This document shows positions 11,393-22,843 of a stretch of DNA of 64,000 bases, piece after piece. This stretch comes from Callorhinchus milii. Taxonomy: Eukaryota. Below the pieces are notes generated by a model. That model made no database searches and was not told the DNA's origin. It was given only the letters and a program-made list of their open reading frames with translations. The stretch covers positions 43,588,001-43,652,000 of the forward strand of contig NW_024704743.1 of NCBI RefSeq assembly GCF_018977255.1. The letters run 5' to 3'. The position numbers and the translations under genes were made by a program. Numbering within the stretch: the first letter of the stretch is position 1; each line of letters begins with the position of its first letter.

Positions 11393-13090
11393 AATCACAA
11401 GATTAGTTTGGATGAAAAAGGCCCTTCAGCTCATCCATCCAGAATGCTGCCCTACTGTTCCCCATCACAGCAGCAAACTGTGTTTTTTAAATAAGTCCAG
11501 TGTTCTGTTCTCAACCACCCTTCTTGGAAATCTGTTCCAGTTGTTAATCACCCTCTAAGTAAAGAGAAGACTTCCTGGTATATGACCTGAAATTACCCTT
11601 TGCAACTCTAAACTGATCTCCTCTTGTACGATTGTTGTGGTACACTCTAAAGTGGGTTTACATTTTCAAACCTATTTAAATGTTTATATAGCTTGATGAG
11701 GTCCCCTTTGAGTCGTCTTCTCCCAAGACTGAAGAACCCTAACTTGTCTAATTGTTGCTCAAAGCCCATTCCATTCCAAAGCCATTTGTGGAGTTCTGTA
11801 GCTCAGTGGTTAGAGCACTCGCTTTGCAAGCGAGAGACCTGAGTTCAATTCCAGGCAGGGCGAAACCTTGGGCAAGTTTCCTTACTCCACACGCCTAATA
11901 ATAATCCCTCCAAAACCCAAAACAATAATAAATTGGTCATTTTCAATCTACGACTGTTTGTGGGACATTGCTGTGCGCAATTGGCTGCCGCGTTCATCCA
12001 CAAATACAGTCAATTCACTTTACGGTGTGTTCTGTGAAGCACTTTGGGACGTCCTCCCGACGTGAAAAGCGCTATATCAAATGCAAGGATTATTATTATT
12101 ATTGTTATTCCTCTCACATTGAGGATCATCTCCTTTGCTCTACTCTGCATTGCCTCTTTTGCCTGGGCAGCCCTGCATGTGGTGGTGACCAGAACTATAT
12201 GCAGTACTCTAGGTGTGGCCTGACCAGAGCAATGTATAGCCTGAGATTGATGTCTGGGGATCCAAACTCAATTGATGTAACAATCTGGCCCAGCATCCTG
12301 TTTGCTTGTTTATTGCTGCCTCACACTATTTTGACATAGTGAGCAATGAGTCAACTAATACCTCTAGATTTCTTTCAGCGTCACCCTTCGAAAATTCTAG
12401 TCCATCCATGGAGTACTTGTCTTTGCTATTCTTGGATCCTATATGTAGTACCTGCATTTGTCTGTATCAAACTTCATTTGCCAGTTATTAGCCCATGTGC
12501 ATACCCTATCAAGCTTTGTTTGGAGGGCCTTTCCAGCCATTTCTGATTTTACAGGCGCATCCAATTTGGTGTCATCTGCAAACTTAACTTTCTTACAAGG
12601 AATCTGCCAATCCAGGTCATTAATATATACAAGGAGCAAGAGGGTCCCAGTCCAAGACCCCGAGGAACTTTGTTTAATACCATGTCTTGCTCTTGATACC
12701 CAGTGACCACAGTTTGTGAAGGAAACTTCATGAGGTACTTCGTCAAACACCTTTTGGAAGTCTAGGTACATTATATCTTATTGGACTGCCATCTCCTCAA
12801 AAAAGATGACAAGACCTTCTATGAGATTGTCCAGACAAGACCTAATCTTTCACAACCTGCGTTGGCTGTCAATTACAAAATTATTCTTATATAGGTAATC
12901 TTCCATTTCCTTTCGTTAATTTTTCCAATTATTGAGGTCACGCTCATGGGTCAAGTATAGTTTGTCACCTTTTATGAATATGGGAAAAATATCTGCTTGC
13001 TTCCAGTCTGATGGAACCTTCTCATTCAAACCTCCTTTGTTTTCACTTGTTTTGTTAAAAAAAATTTGTTTAAGGTTTTACTTAGAACTC
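11393..13090 (-). mobile_element. Old CR1 LINE fragment (RT to 3' UTR), interrupted by a SINE
   Basis: Minus ORF YLDFQKVFDEVPH...KFADDTKL...WANNWQMKF, RPHLEY motif near 12200-12225; many frameshifts. Confidence 0.85.
11788..12106 (+). mobile_element. Young full-length tRNA-Ala-derived SINE (subfamily A)
   Basis: A and B boxes, (TTA)n tail, TSD ATTCC at 11768-11772 and 12107-12111. Confidence 0.95.
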
Positions 13091-13656
13091 TGCATTGTCT
13101 TCTCACAAGTGTTTATAATATCAGGTTACCTAATCCTTTCCGAGACTTGATCTCATTTCAACATCTGATAAAAGAGATGATCACAGTGTTACTGGATTAG
13201 CTGCCTTCATGCTTTATGTCATTTCTAATCACTAGGATTTAAAGGTCTATTACTGGATAAGAATCCAGCTGTAATTTGGTCTCTGGAAAGCTCACCAGAC
13301 AGAAGAATGTAGCTGCGCTAAAAGCAAAAAGTTAATATAATGCATTCTGCAAAGCAGTCTAAGTAGTAGTCAATCCTTTTGGTACTTCATAGTAACGAGG
13401 AACAGGGGAACTTTTGATGTACTGCATATTTTCTGAAGAAAGGAGATTCCATGTTGTCAGAAAACCATGTTCTCAGAAATTCCTTCCTTTCTACCAAACC
13501 CTGTGTTGTCGGCAGGCAGTGACTTAGAGACAAGGAAGCCTCCAGCTAACTCTAAGCAGCTGTGAGGATGCATGCAAGAACAATCTCAACAAATATTCCA
13601 GTGACAGGCAATAGATAAATGTAGTCTTCTGCTTTCTCTGGGCCTGTGGCATTAAC

Positions 13657-13777
13657 TGCAGTCACCATAGTTACCAATGAATTGGTGGCCCTGGTTGTCA
13701 GTTTTAAGCTATATCATTTTTGATTTAAAAGGCTTTTACTGAGTCAAGACAGAGCAGGTCAGTCGCTGATGCCACTG
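13657..13777 (+). repeat. 121-bp direct repeat, second copy at 18131-18251
   Basis: 5 mismatches in 121 bp by manual alignment. Confidence 0.95.
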
Positions 13778-14056
13778 GACAGATTGTTGCTGAACAGCCT
13801 GTGCTTGAGAGTTTGATGTGTGAAGAAAACACAAGACAGTAAACAATGATTTATAAAGTACACCTGCGTTCAAGTACAATGTAAAAGTGACATTAATATT
13901 GTTTTATGTTGCAGTTCCTATTACCAAAAAATATGAACGGAAAACAAAGTGCATTTAAATGTCTATCGAACCTCCAGGAACTGCCTAGCATTCCATGCAA
14001 TTGTGGACTTCCTCATTTTATTGTGTAAGTATAGTGATGACAAAATATTTGCAACC

Positions 14057-17000
14057 TATGAACATAGGAATTAGGAACAGGAGTATGCCATTTGGCCCTT
14101 TGAGCCTGCCCAGCCATTCAATAAGATCATGGCTGATCTTCTAACCTAACTCCATCTGGCCGCCTTATCCCCATATCCCTTAATCCCTCTATCCTTTAGA
14201 AATCTATCAATCTCAGTCTTGAATACGTTCAAGGACTGAGCATCTACAGCCTTCTAGGGTAGAGAATTCCATAAATTCACTACCCTCTGAGTGAAGAAGT
14301 GTTTTCTCAACTCTGTTCGAAAGGGCTGTCCTTAATCTTAAAACTGTGACCCCTAGTTCTAGATTCTCCTACCAGGGGAAACAGTCTCACACTATCTACT
14401 CTGTCAAGCTCGATAAGAATCTTATATGTTTCTATAAGATCACCCCTAATTCTTCTATATTCTAGGGAATATAGGCCTAGTTTACTCAACCTCTCCTCAG
14501 AGGTCAAACCCCTCATCCCAGGAACTAACCTAGTGAATCTACGCTGCACCCCCTCTCAGGCGAGTACGTCCTTTCTTAAATAAGGAGACCAAAACTGCAC
14601 ACGATATTCTAGGTGCGGTCTCGCCAAGGTCCTATGCAGTTGCAGCAAGACTTCCCTACTCTTGTACTCTAACCCTTTTGCAATAAATGCCAACATGCCA
14701 TTAGTCTTCCTAGTTGCTTGCTGTACCTGCATACTAAGTTTTTGTGACTGGTGAACAAGGGACACACAAATTCCTAACACTATCTAGTCTCTTCCCCTCT
14801 AGAAAATAATATTTTTTTCTGTTTTTACTACCTAGGTGAATAACTTCACACTTCTCCACATTATATTTCATCTGCCACCTTCTTGCCCACTCAACCAGCG
14901 TATCTATATCCCTTTGCAATCTTTTTGTGTCATCCTCAGAGCTTACTCTCCCACCTAGCTTAGTATCATCCGCAAATTTAGATATTTTAAGTTCTATGTC
15001 CTCATCTAGATCTTTGATATAGATTGTAAATAGTTGAGGCCCAAGCACTGATCCTGTGGCACTCCACCAGTCACATCCCGCCAATCTGAGAAGGACCCGT
15101 TTATCCCTACTCTCTGTATTCTTCCCGTTAGCCACTCTTCGATCCATGCTAATATATTGCCTTTAATTCCATGGGCCCTAATCTTGTGTAGCAGCCTCTT
15201 ATGTGGCACCCTGTTGAATGCCTTGTGAAAATCTAAATATACTACATCAACTGATTCCCCCCTATCTAACCTGCTTGTTAGAACATAAGAACATAAGAAC
15301 AAAAGAATTAGGAGCAGGAGTAGGCCATTCGGCCCTTCGTGCCTGCTCCGCCATTCAATAAGAATGACCTTCTCACCTAATTCTGATTACCTGCCCTATC
15401 CCCATATCCCCTAATCCCTCTATTTTTCAAGAATCTATCAGTCTCAGCCTTGAAAATGTTCAAGGACTGAGCATCTACAGCCTTTTGGGGTAGTGAATTC
15501 CATAAGTTCAGTACCCTCTGAGTGAAGAAATGTTTCCTCAACTCTGTTCTAAGAGGCTGACCCTTAATTTTAAGACTGTGACCCCTGGTTATAGATTCTC
15601 CTACCAGGGGAAACAGTCCTTCTGTGTCTACGTTATCCAGCCCTTTAAGAATCTTATATGTTTCAATAAGATCTCCCCTAATTCTTCTGTGCTCTAGAGA
15701 ATACAGCCCTAGTTTATTCAGCCTATCCTCATAGGTCAGTCCCCTCAACCCAGGAACTGACCTCATGAATCGACGCTGCACCCCTACTCTTATATTCTAA
15801 ACCTTTCGAAATGAACACTAACATGCCGTTCGCCTTCTTAGTTGCTTGCTGCACCTACAAACTAACTTTTTGGGACTGGTGTACAAGGACACCCAAATCC
15901 CTTTGAATACTAACACTATCTAACTTCTCCCCTTCCAGAAAATAATCTGTTCTTTTATTCTTGCTACCTATGTGAATAATTTCACACTTGCTAACATTGA
16001 ATTCCATCTGCCACCTACTTGCCCACTCCCCTAGCCTATCTATATCTTGTTGCAATCTTTTTGCATCATCCTGAGAGCTCACTCTGCTACCTAGTTTAGT
16101 ATCATCTGCGAATTTAGACACATTACATTCAATGTCCTCGTCCAGATCATTGATGTAAATGGTAAATAGCTGAGGCCCAAGCACTGATCCTTGTGGCACT
16201 CCACTAGTTACATCCTGCCAATTCGAGAATGATCCGTTTATCACTACTCTCTGCTTTCTACCCGATAGCCACTCTTCTATCCATGTTAATATTTTCCCAT
16301 TAATCCCGTGGGCCTTGATCTTGAGTAACAGCCTTTTGTGTGGCACCTTGTCAAATGCCTTCCTAAAATCCAAATATACCACATCTACTGGTTCCCCCTT
16401 ATCCAACCTGCTGGATACATCCTCAAAAAATTCTAAAAGGTTAGTCAAGCATGACTTCCCTTTTGTAAAGCCATGTTGACTCTGCCTAATCTTTTTATGG
16501 TCTTCCAGGTATCCCATAACTACGTCTTTTATTAAGGACTCAAGAATTTTCCCTACAACTGACGTCAAACTAACTGGTCTATAGTTTTCCCTATTTTCTC
16601 TCCCACCCTTCTTAAATAGTGGAGTTACGTTTGCAATCTTCCAATCAATGGGAACTTTTCCAGTATCCACAGACTTTTGGAAGATTATAGACATGCCATC
16701 CACTATCTCAGTAGCCACCTCCTTTAAAACTCTCGGATGCAGGCCATCCGGTCCAGGGGATTTATCGGTTTTAAGACCCGACAATTTACCTAGAACCATC
16801 TCTTTACTAATGTTAATCTCCCTAAGTTGCTCGCTAACATTGTCTTCTTGGTCCTCTATTTTTGGTATGTTTCCAGTGTCTTCTACGGTGAAGACTGTAG
16901 AAAAATACTTGTTTAATGACTCTGCCATGTCTTTGTCCCCTATTATAATTCCTCCGGTCTCTGCCTGTAATGGACCCACATTCACCCTCGCTAGCCTTTT

Positions 17001-18130
17001 CCTCTTTATATATTTGTAAAAACTCTTGGAGTCTGTTTTTATGTTCTTTGCTAGTTTGCCCTCGTAATCTATTTTCTTCCTCTTGATCAATTTTTTGGTC
17101 CTCCTCTGTTGTTCCCTAAAGTTCTCCCAATCCTCGGGTTTACTACTCATCTTCGCTGTTTTATAGGCTTTTTCTTTTGATTTGATACTTTCCCTAACTG
17201 CTCTAGTTAGCCATGGCTGCACCACCTTTCCCATGGCCTTCTTATTCCTCAAAGGAATATGTGCTCGTTGGGAATTTTGCACTATCTCCTTGAATGTCTG
17301 CCATTGCTGGTCTACCGTCAAATCTTTAAGTTTAGTCTCCCAGTTTATTCTGGCTAAATCCTCTCTCATATCAGCAAAGTTGGCTCGATTTAAATTGAAG
17401 ACTTTTGCTTCAGACTTAACTACTTCCCTCTCTAACTTAACGCTAAATTCCATCATATTATGATCGCTTTGCACTAGAGGAGCCTTAAGTTCCAGTTTGC
17501 TGATCAGCCCTGTTTCATTACACAAAACAAGGTATAATATGGCTTGTTCCCTGGTTGGCTCCTCAGCATATTGATCTAGAAAGTTATCTCTAATACATTC
17601 TATAAACTCCTCTTCTATGTTACCTTTCCCAATTTGGTTGTCCCAGTCTATGTGCAGGTTAAAATCACCCACAATTAGTTACATCCTCAAAAAGCTCTAA
17701 AAGATTCGTTAAGCATGACTTCCCTTTTGTAAAGCCATGTTGACTCTGCCTAATCATGTTATGATTTTCTAAGTGCCCCACAAAGACGTCCCTAATTAAG
17801 GATTCTAGAATTTTCCCTATCACCGATGTCAGACTAACTGGTTTATAGTTCCCCATCTTCTCTCTCCCACCCTTCTTAAATATGTTGTTACGTTTGTGAT
17901 CTTCCAATCAATGGGAACTATTCCAGAATCCAGGGAATTTTGGAAGATGAAAAACAAGGCATCCACTATCTCAGCAGCCACCTCCTTTAAAACCCTAGGA
18001 TGCAGGCCATCAGATCCAGGGGATTTGTTATTTTTCAATCCCAACAGTTTCCCCAGTACTAATTCTTTACTGATGTTAATTTCCCTAAGTTGCTCACTAA
18101 CATTAGCTTCTTGGTTCCCTCTATTTTTCG
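14057..18130 (-). mobile_element. 5'-truncated CR1 LINE (CR1-A), split by the nested CR1-B; pieces 14057-15280 and 17678-18130
   Basis: Frameshifted RT: KSPGSDGLHPRVLKE, SCLTNLLELFEDVT|SRLDRGES, FADDTKLG, RPHLEY, MQRRFTRL. 3' tail 'ttcctatgttcatag' on the element strand. Confidence 0.92.
15281..17677 (-). mobile_element. Young 5'-truncated CR1 LINE (CR1-B): C-terminal AP endonuclease plus reverse transcriptase, inactivated
   Basis: 605-aa ORF with GDFN, SDH, QGSVLGP and FADD motifs. Premature TAG at 15855-15857; ~104-bp deletion near 15786 relative to the 50613 copy; (TTCTTATG)n tail; TSD GTTA at 15277-15280 and 17678-17681. Confidence 0.96.
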
Positions 18131-18740
18131 TGCAGTCACCATGGTTACCAATGAATTGGTGGCTCTGGTTGTCAGTTTTAAGCTATATAATTTTTGATTC
18201 AAAAGGCTTTTACGGAGTCAAGACAGAGCAGGTCAGTCGCTGATGCCACTGTGATAAGAATACGTTTGACATTCACTCTATAACCAGGTGTTGGAAGCGG
18301 AGAGTAAGAGATGTGTCTGATTGTCAGATGAATTTTGCCCCTGTCCAATTTTGAAACTATGCTAAAATGATTTGGCTTTTGGCATTCACCAAGAAGAGTT
18401 GTAATGGGGTTTGTGTATTCTGCAAATATTGTGACCTCATTGCAATATTTACAAATGATGGCACGAGGGCATGGTATGTGACCGGTCAATTCAGTACTGA
18501 TCCCTTTCAATGTCAGGTCAGTTCTTCTGTGTGTGGAAGTCACAGAAGATCAGATTCAGAACTGAGTTTTGACAGAGCAGGAAGCCAATCATTTTATAAA
18601 ACATTTGACTTTGGATAAGCTTTGGAAGTTTCTGTGCTGGAACCTTGATTAAAAAGTGATACTTTAGGCCTCTTAAATTGAAGAAATAGTCTTTGTTGCC
18701 TGAAAGAACAATGGTAAGTATTTTGTATTAAATCTACATC

Positions 18741-19571
18741 AGGCAGAAATTTCACAATTTATGACATATCACCTGTGTTACTTGTCTTATCTTCATTGTA
18801 ACGTATTGCCTTTCACTCCATGTTTCAGTTTTCTGGACTCTCTGGATGATTTTTCCGATACTATAATAATCTCAGACACAGATTTGTGAGTGGGAGACCA
18901 GCAAACAGATGTGTTATGGTTCCTGAAATCATGCCAGACTGCCTGTCAAACAAAGTGCTTCCTCCTGCAGTACTGTGACGATAAGAATCTTGCCAGGAGA
19001 GAGTAATTGGCAGCTGAGACACCAAAACATCCCAGAATTTCCTTCTCCAGCACAAGCAGTCTGTACAATACAGGCATATCACTCACTATCTTTTCATTAT
19101 GTCTGTTTTAAGAATAGAAAGCATGCTAATAGCATGCTAATCAGTCATTTCTCTCAAGTGCGTTGTCTTCACACACCGGGTTCACTTTGCCCAATCTCAT
19201 GCTCAATTTGACAAACAAGTGCCATGTTTATCTTATTGATTGGCCTTTGCAACCAATATTGTAAAATGGCCTACCTCGCACTGATGCAATGTACAACCAC
19301 ATCCTGCAGCGAGTTCAGTTTTTGTTTTCAGTCCCACATGTCGCAGTTGTAGCGGAAAACTTTCACATGAACCGAGTAGTACCACCATGCATGCATGTGT
19401 ACTGCTGTTATTCCTTCAACGTTGGCACTTTGGGGTGTGCAACTCATTGCACAAACGTCAGGAGCAGATTAGCGGATGAAATTTGCACTTAGCCAAAGCT
19501 AAACATACTGGGGTGCAAACTGAACCTGCGCATTAAAATGTTAATTAGTCCATTAGTGAAAATTCTGCCCT
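18741..19571. mobile_element. Possible old non-autonomous DNA transposon
   Basis: Left 'aggcagaaatttcac' and right 'gtgaaaattctgccct' form imperfect terminal inverted repeats; no clear TSD. Confidence 0.35.
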
Positions 19572-20074
19572 ACCGATAACAAAGGCATCACCTGCCCAGA
19601 GACTGTGACACCCAAATCTCTCCACTCTGCCCCAACGGATGGGCCCAAAGCTTCTCGTGCTGTACGTGGTCTACTAGTTATCGGAATACCAGCTGTACTC
19701 AGTCTTTTGTTCTTGTTGAGATAAGACAGAATCCCAGCTAATTCCAGGCTGATTTTGGAGAATAACAGTTGTGATGGAGTGTAGGGATGGTGTGGTGGGG
19801 AGGGGGGAGATTCAAGACAGAGCAGGTCAGAGCAGATCACACCCACAGCCTAATCGTTATCTTCAGATATTGACTGGCTAAAACTTTAATGATGTTTTAA
19901 TTAACATGGTTCATTTTCACCCGGTCAGCTGCAGCATTTGCAGCCCTGATTGTCAGAAACTCTGCCTATCCTCTATCTCTAGCAGCTAAACATTTCCTAA
20001 GGGGGGGCAACCAAGCTCAGATTGCAGTTTCATCTGTGTCGAACTCGCAATGTTCACTGCTGAATTTCTTGTTC

Positions 20075-20292
20075 TACGAACTTAAACTCCATCACGTCTC
20101 CGCCCGTGAGACGAATTTGTCTTAAAATCATGTCGAATTGTGGAAAATTCTTACATTTTATCTTAATTTGAAGTCTTTTGCTTTAAGAATTAAGAAAACC
20201 AGCCTCCAAATTAATGCTGAATTTAAGACTTTTCCACAAGGTTAAGACAAAAAAGTCTTACAGGCTAAAAGTTGGTGGAATTATGGGTCCAG
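20075..20292. mobile_element. Palindromic MITE-like remnant
   Basis: 'ttgtggaaaattcttacatt' pairs with 'aatttaagacttttccacaa', and 'gtgagacgaatttgtcttaa' pairs with 'ttaagacaaaaaagtcttac'. Confidence 0.55.
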
Positions 20293-22193
20293 TGCAGACT
20301 CCCCCACTACCCAAATGAAAAACTGAAATCTCTTCCTAGCCTTATAAGTAAACAGACAAAATTACCAGGATATTGAACCACTCTTACAACCAAGGCTTTC
20401 ATTCTATAAAGTGGGAACTTGTTTCTGAGCACAGGAACAAGAGAATGTGATCATCTACATCTATTTTGAATAGGCAGAAAGATATCTTAAACATGATCAA
20501 TAGTTTGAGTTGAAAGTCCTTGAAATAAACGGCACTCCCCACAGAGCAGCTAAAAACAAAATGTTTATTTATTAGCCTGACTGCCAGGAGAAATCACAAA
20601 CGGCATCACTGGCTGGCAGTCTGCTGAAGTGCCGTCATGTTGGGTCCCAGCCAGAAGGCAGCCGCACTGATACATACAGTGAATGCGTCACTGAGCTGCT
20701 TTCCATTGTGAGAACATACTTATCCTCGTCCTATATCCCTAGAGGTGTGCAGCCTGGGGGTAGGTAGCAGTTTTGAAGGTACAACATTTTCTTCCAAAGT
20801 ATGGTCCAGCTTCATAAAAATTTAGACCATTTGGCCCCTTGTGTCTGTGTATCTCTTATAAAAAGCAATCCTCTCTGCCCTCATTCACCTGCCCTTTGCC
20901 CATACTCACATAGCTTACTCCCTTTTTGATATTTATCTTGTTCTCTTTTGAAACCTGATCTTGATTTGGCAAATTCTCTTCTTTGTAAAAGAACAGGCAC
21001 CAAGTTATAAATAGAAAACATAGAGCTGTCGAAGAACACATGATCATGTATGCACAACAAATAAGCTTAACACAGGCCTAATTTTACCACTCACGGATGA
21101 TCTCACTGCATCCACTTGTTAGATAAATATTGTATTCGTAGTTGTGCTATAACTGTCCATCACCAGCTGCAGAGTGCAGTCTGATGCTATGTTTAGGGTC
21201 CTGGAAACAGTGTAGGGGAGAAAGCTGATCAGCACTCCCCACTCGACATTGCTGTGTATCTCTCAGCTTAGCACTTGTCCAGAACTTTGACACTGTGTGA
21301 AAAATGTTAATGTTCCAAAGAGCCAGCAACACAATCAGCTCTTTAACAATTAGCAACGTTAAAAAACAGTCCATTGAAAGATCTTGGGTCATCTATTGAA
21401 AGCCTTGAGATACCTCAATGGGGCTCAGTTAGATTCACGCCCATTATGCTTATATCCCTCTATCCCTCTGCCTTGTCCCAACTCTATCTATCTTTAAGTA
21501 CCACCTCAAAATCTACCTATTCAACTGCACCTATGGTTACCTCTTCCTTCTTGGTCAGCAGCCAACCCCACCATTGTGAAGTACTCTGAGATATAATTTT
21601 ACATGAAGGGTGCTATATCAACTCAAGCTGTTATGATACAGGTAATGTCAGGAGAAGGACTCCAGACCCATTCACACTGGTTGAATTGCCATATTTCCTT
21701 CACGTCTGGTAACAAAATGCTGTGAAGATTTACGTGGATTTCCATTAAACAGGCAATATAAAGAGAACATTAGACTCTTTCACAAACTATTCACACTCAC
21801 ACTGATCCATTGCAGCACCACGACTGATTTACACAGCGATCAGCTTGTCAGGCTCCACCAGACAGCAGGAACGAAAAATACTAACATTCATCTTATGTCT
21901 GATGTATCTACTTATTGATTATGAGGTATTTTTAACCTCTAAGAAGAAATGCTCTGAATCCCATAAATACTCAGATATATTTCATTAATGCCAATTTGTG
22001 GTTACACATAATGATCAGCTTTCAAATTACTCAGATAAATGCCATTGAGCAATCCAGGGCCTGATGGCTGTGTACACATGAAGGATAAGCCACACACTGA
22101 ATTCTGACACTTCAGTGATCAGACACATCAGTTTAAGTTGTTATCTCCTTTCTGAAATTAACAAATGTGCTGCTCATGACCACATGGTCAGAA

Positions 22194-22312
22194 TTGGATG
22201 AAATTCCATTCAGTATCATGCACAATACCTTTGGCACTGTTAGACTTTAATTAGATTTCCTATTATAGTCATTCATTGCTGAAGGCATGACGCTGAATGG
22301 AATTTCACCCAA
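22194..22312. repeat. 28-bp inverted repeat pair with 63-bp spacer (mini-MITE-like)
   Basis: 22194-22221 versus reverse complement of 22285-22312: 3 mismatches, two explained by CpG decay. Confidence 0.7.
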
Positions 22313-22504
22313 GTAACTTTCAACTCATGATGCAGAATTTAAAGGGGTTGATTTTAACCAGATACCAGCTTCATTTTGTTTCCCATTAACATGATTGTGG
22401 TTGATTTAGATATACATCTGCACAACTGTTAGGATATGGTTCAAAAACAGGGAGAGCTGGGAACACTCAGCAGGTCAGGCAACATCTATGGAGAAAGGAA
22501 AGTG

Positions 22505-22540
22505 AGTCAATATTTCAGGGCCACGACTCTTCGTCAGAAC
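22505..22540 (-). ncRNA. Degenerate minimal hammerhead ribozyme motif in the Penelope terminal repeat
   Basis: Minus strand GTT-CTGACGA-AGAGTCGTGGCCCT-GAAA-TATTGACT. Core CUGANGA and GAAA are present; stems II and III are damaged. Confidence 0.5.
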
Positions 22541-22575
22541 TTTTCATCTAACCGGACTAAACATAATAGGAGACT

Positions 22576-22843
22576 GACACCTGGGTTCAATTCCAGGCAG
22601 GGTGAAACCTTGGGCAAGTTTCCTTACTCCACACTCCTAATAATAACCCCTCCAAAACAAAACAATAATACATTGGTCATTTTCAATCCACGACTGTTTG
22701 TGGGACACCGCTGTGCGCAATTGGTTGCCGGGTTTCGCCCACAAATATACAGTCAATTCACTTTACACCATATTCTGTGAAAGGCTTTGAGATGTCTAGA
22801 AGACGTGAAAAGCGCTATATCAAATGCAAGGATTATTATTATT
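22576..22843 (+). mobile_element. 5'-truncated tRNA-derived SINE (subfamily B) preceded by an unexplained 39-mer
   Basis: Starts just before the B box 'gacacctgggttcaattcc'; hairpin ATGTC-TAGAA-GACGT; (TTA)n tail. Confidence 0.92.

Noticed and set aside
15855..17672. Functional or domesticated reverse transcriptase gene
   Set aside because: 5'-truncated inside the endonuclease, with a premature stop and a downstream deletion.
19553..19846. Minus ORF with KNKRLSTA as the next ZNF385D exon
   Set aside because: Lacks the required SQAxAHYKGxKH zinc-finger half.
20904..21000. Possible cryptic minus-strand exon with GTAAGC/GTGAGT donors
   Set aside because: No clear acceptor and no protein similarity; cannot be supported without RNA data.
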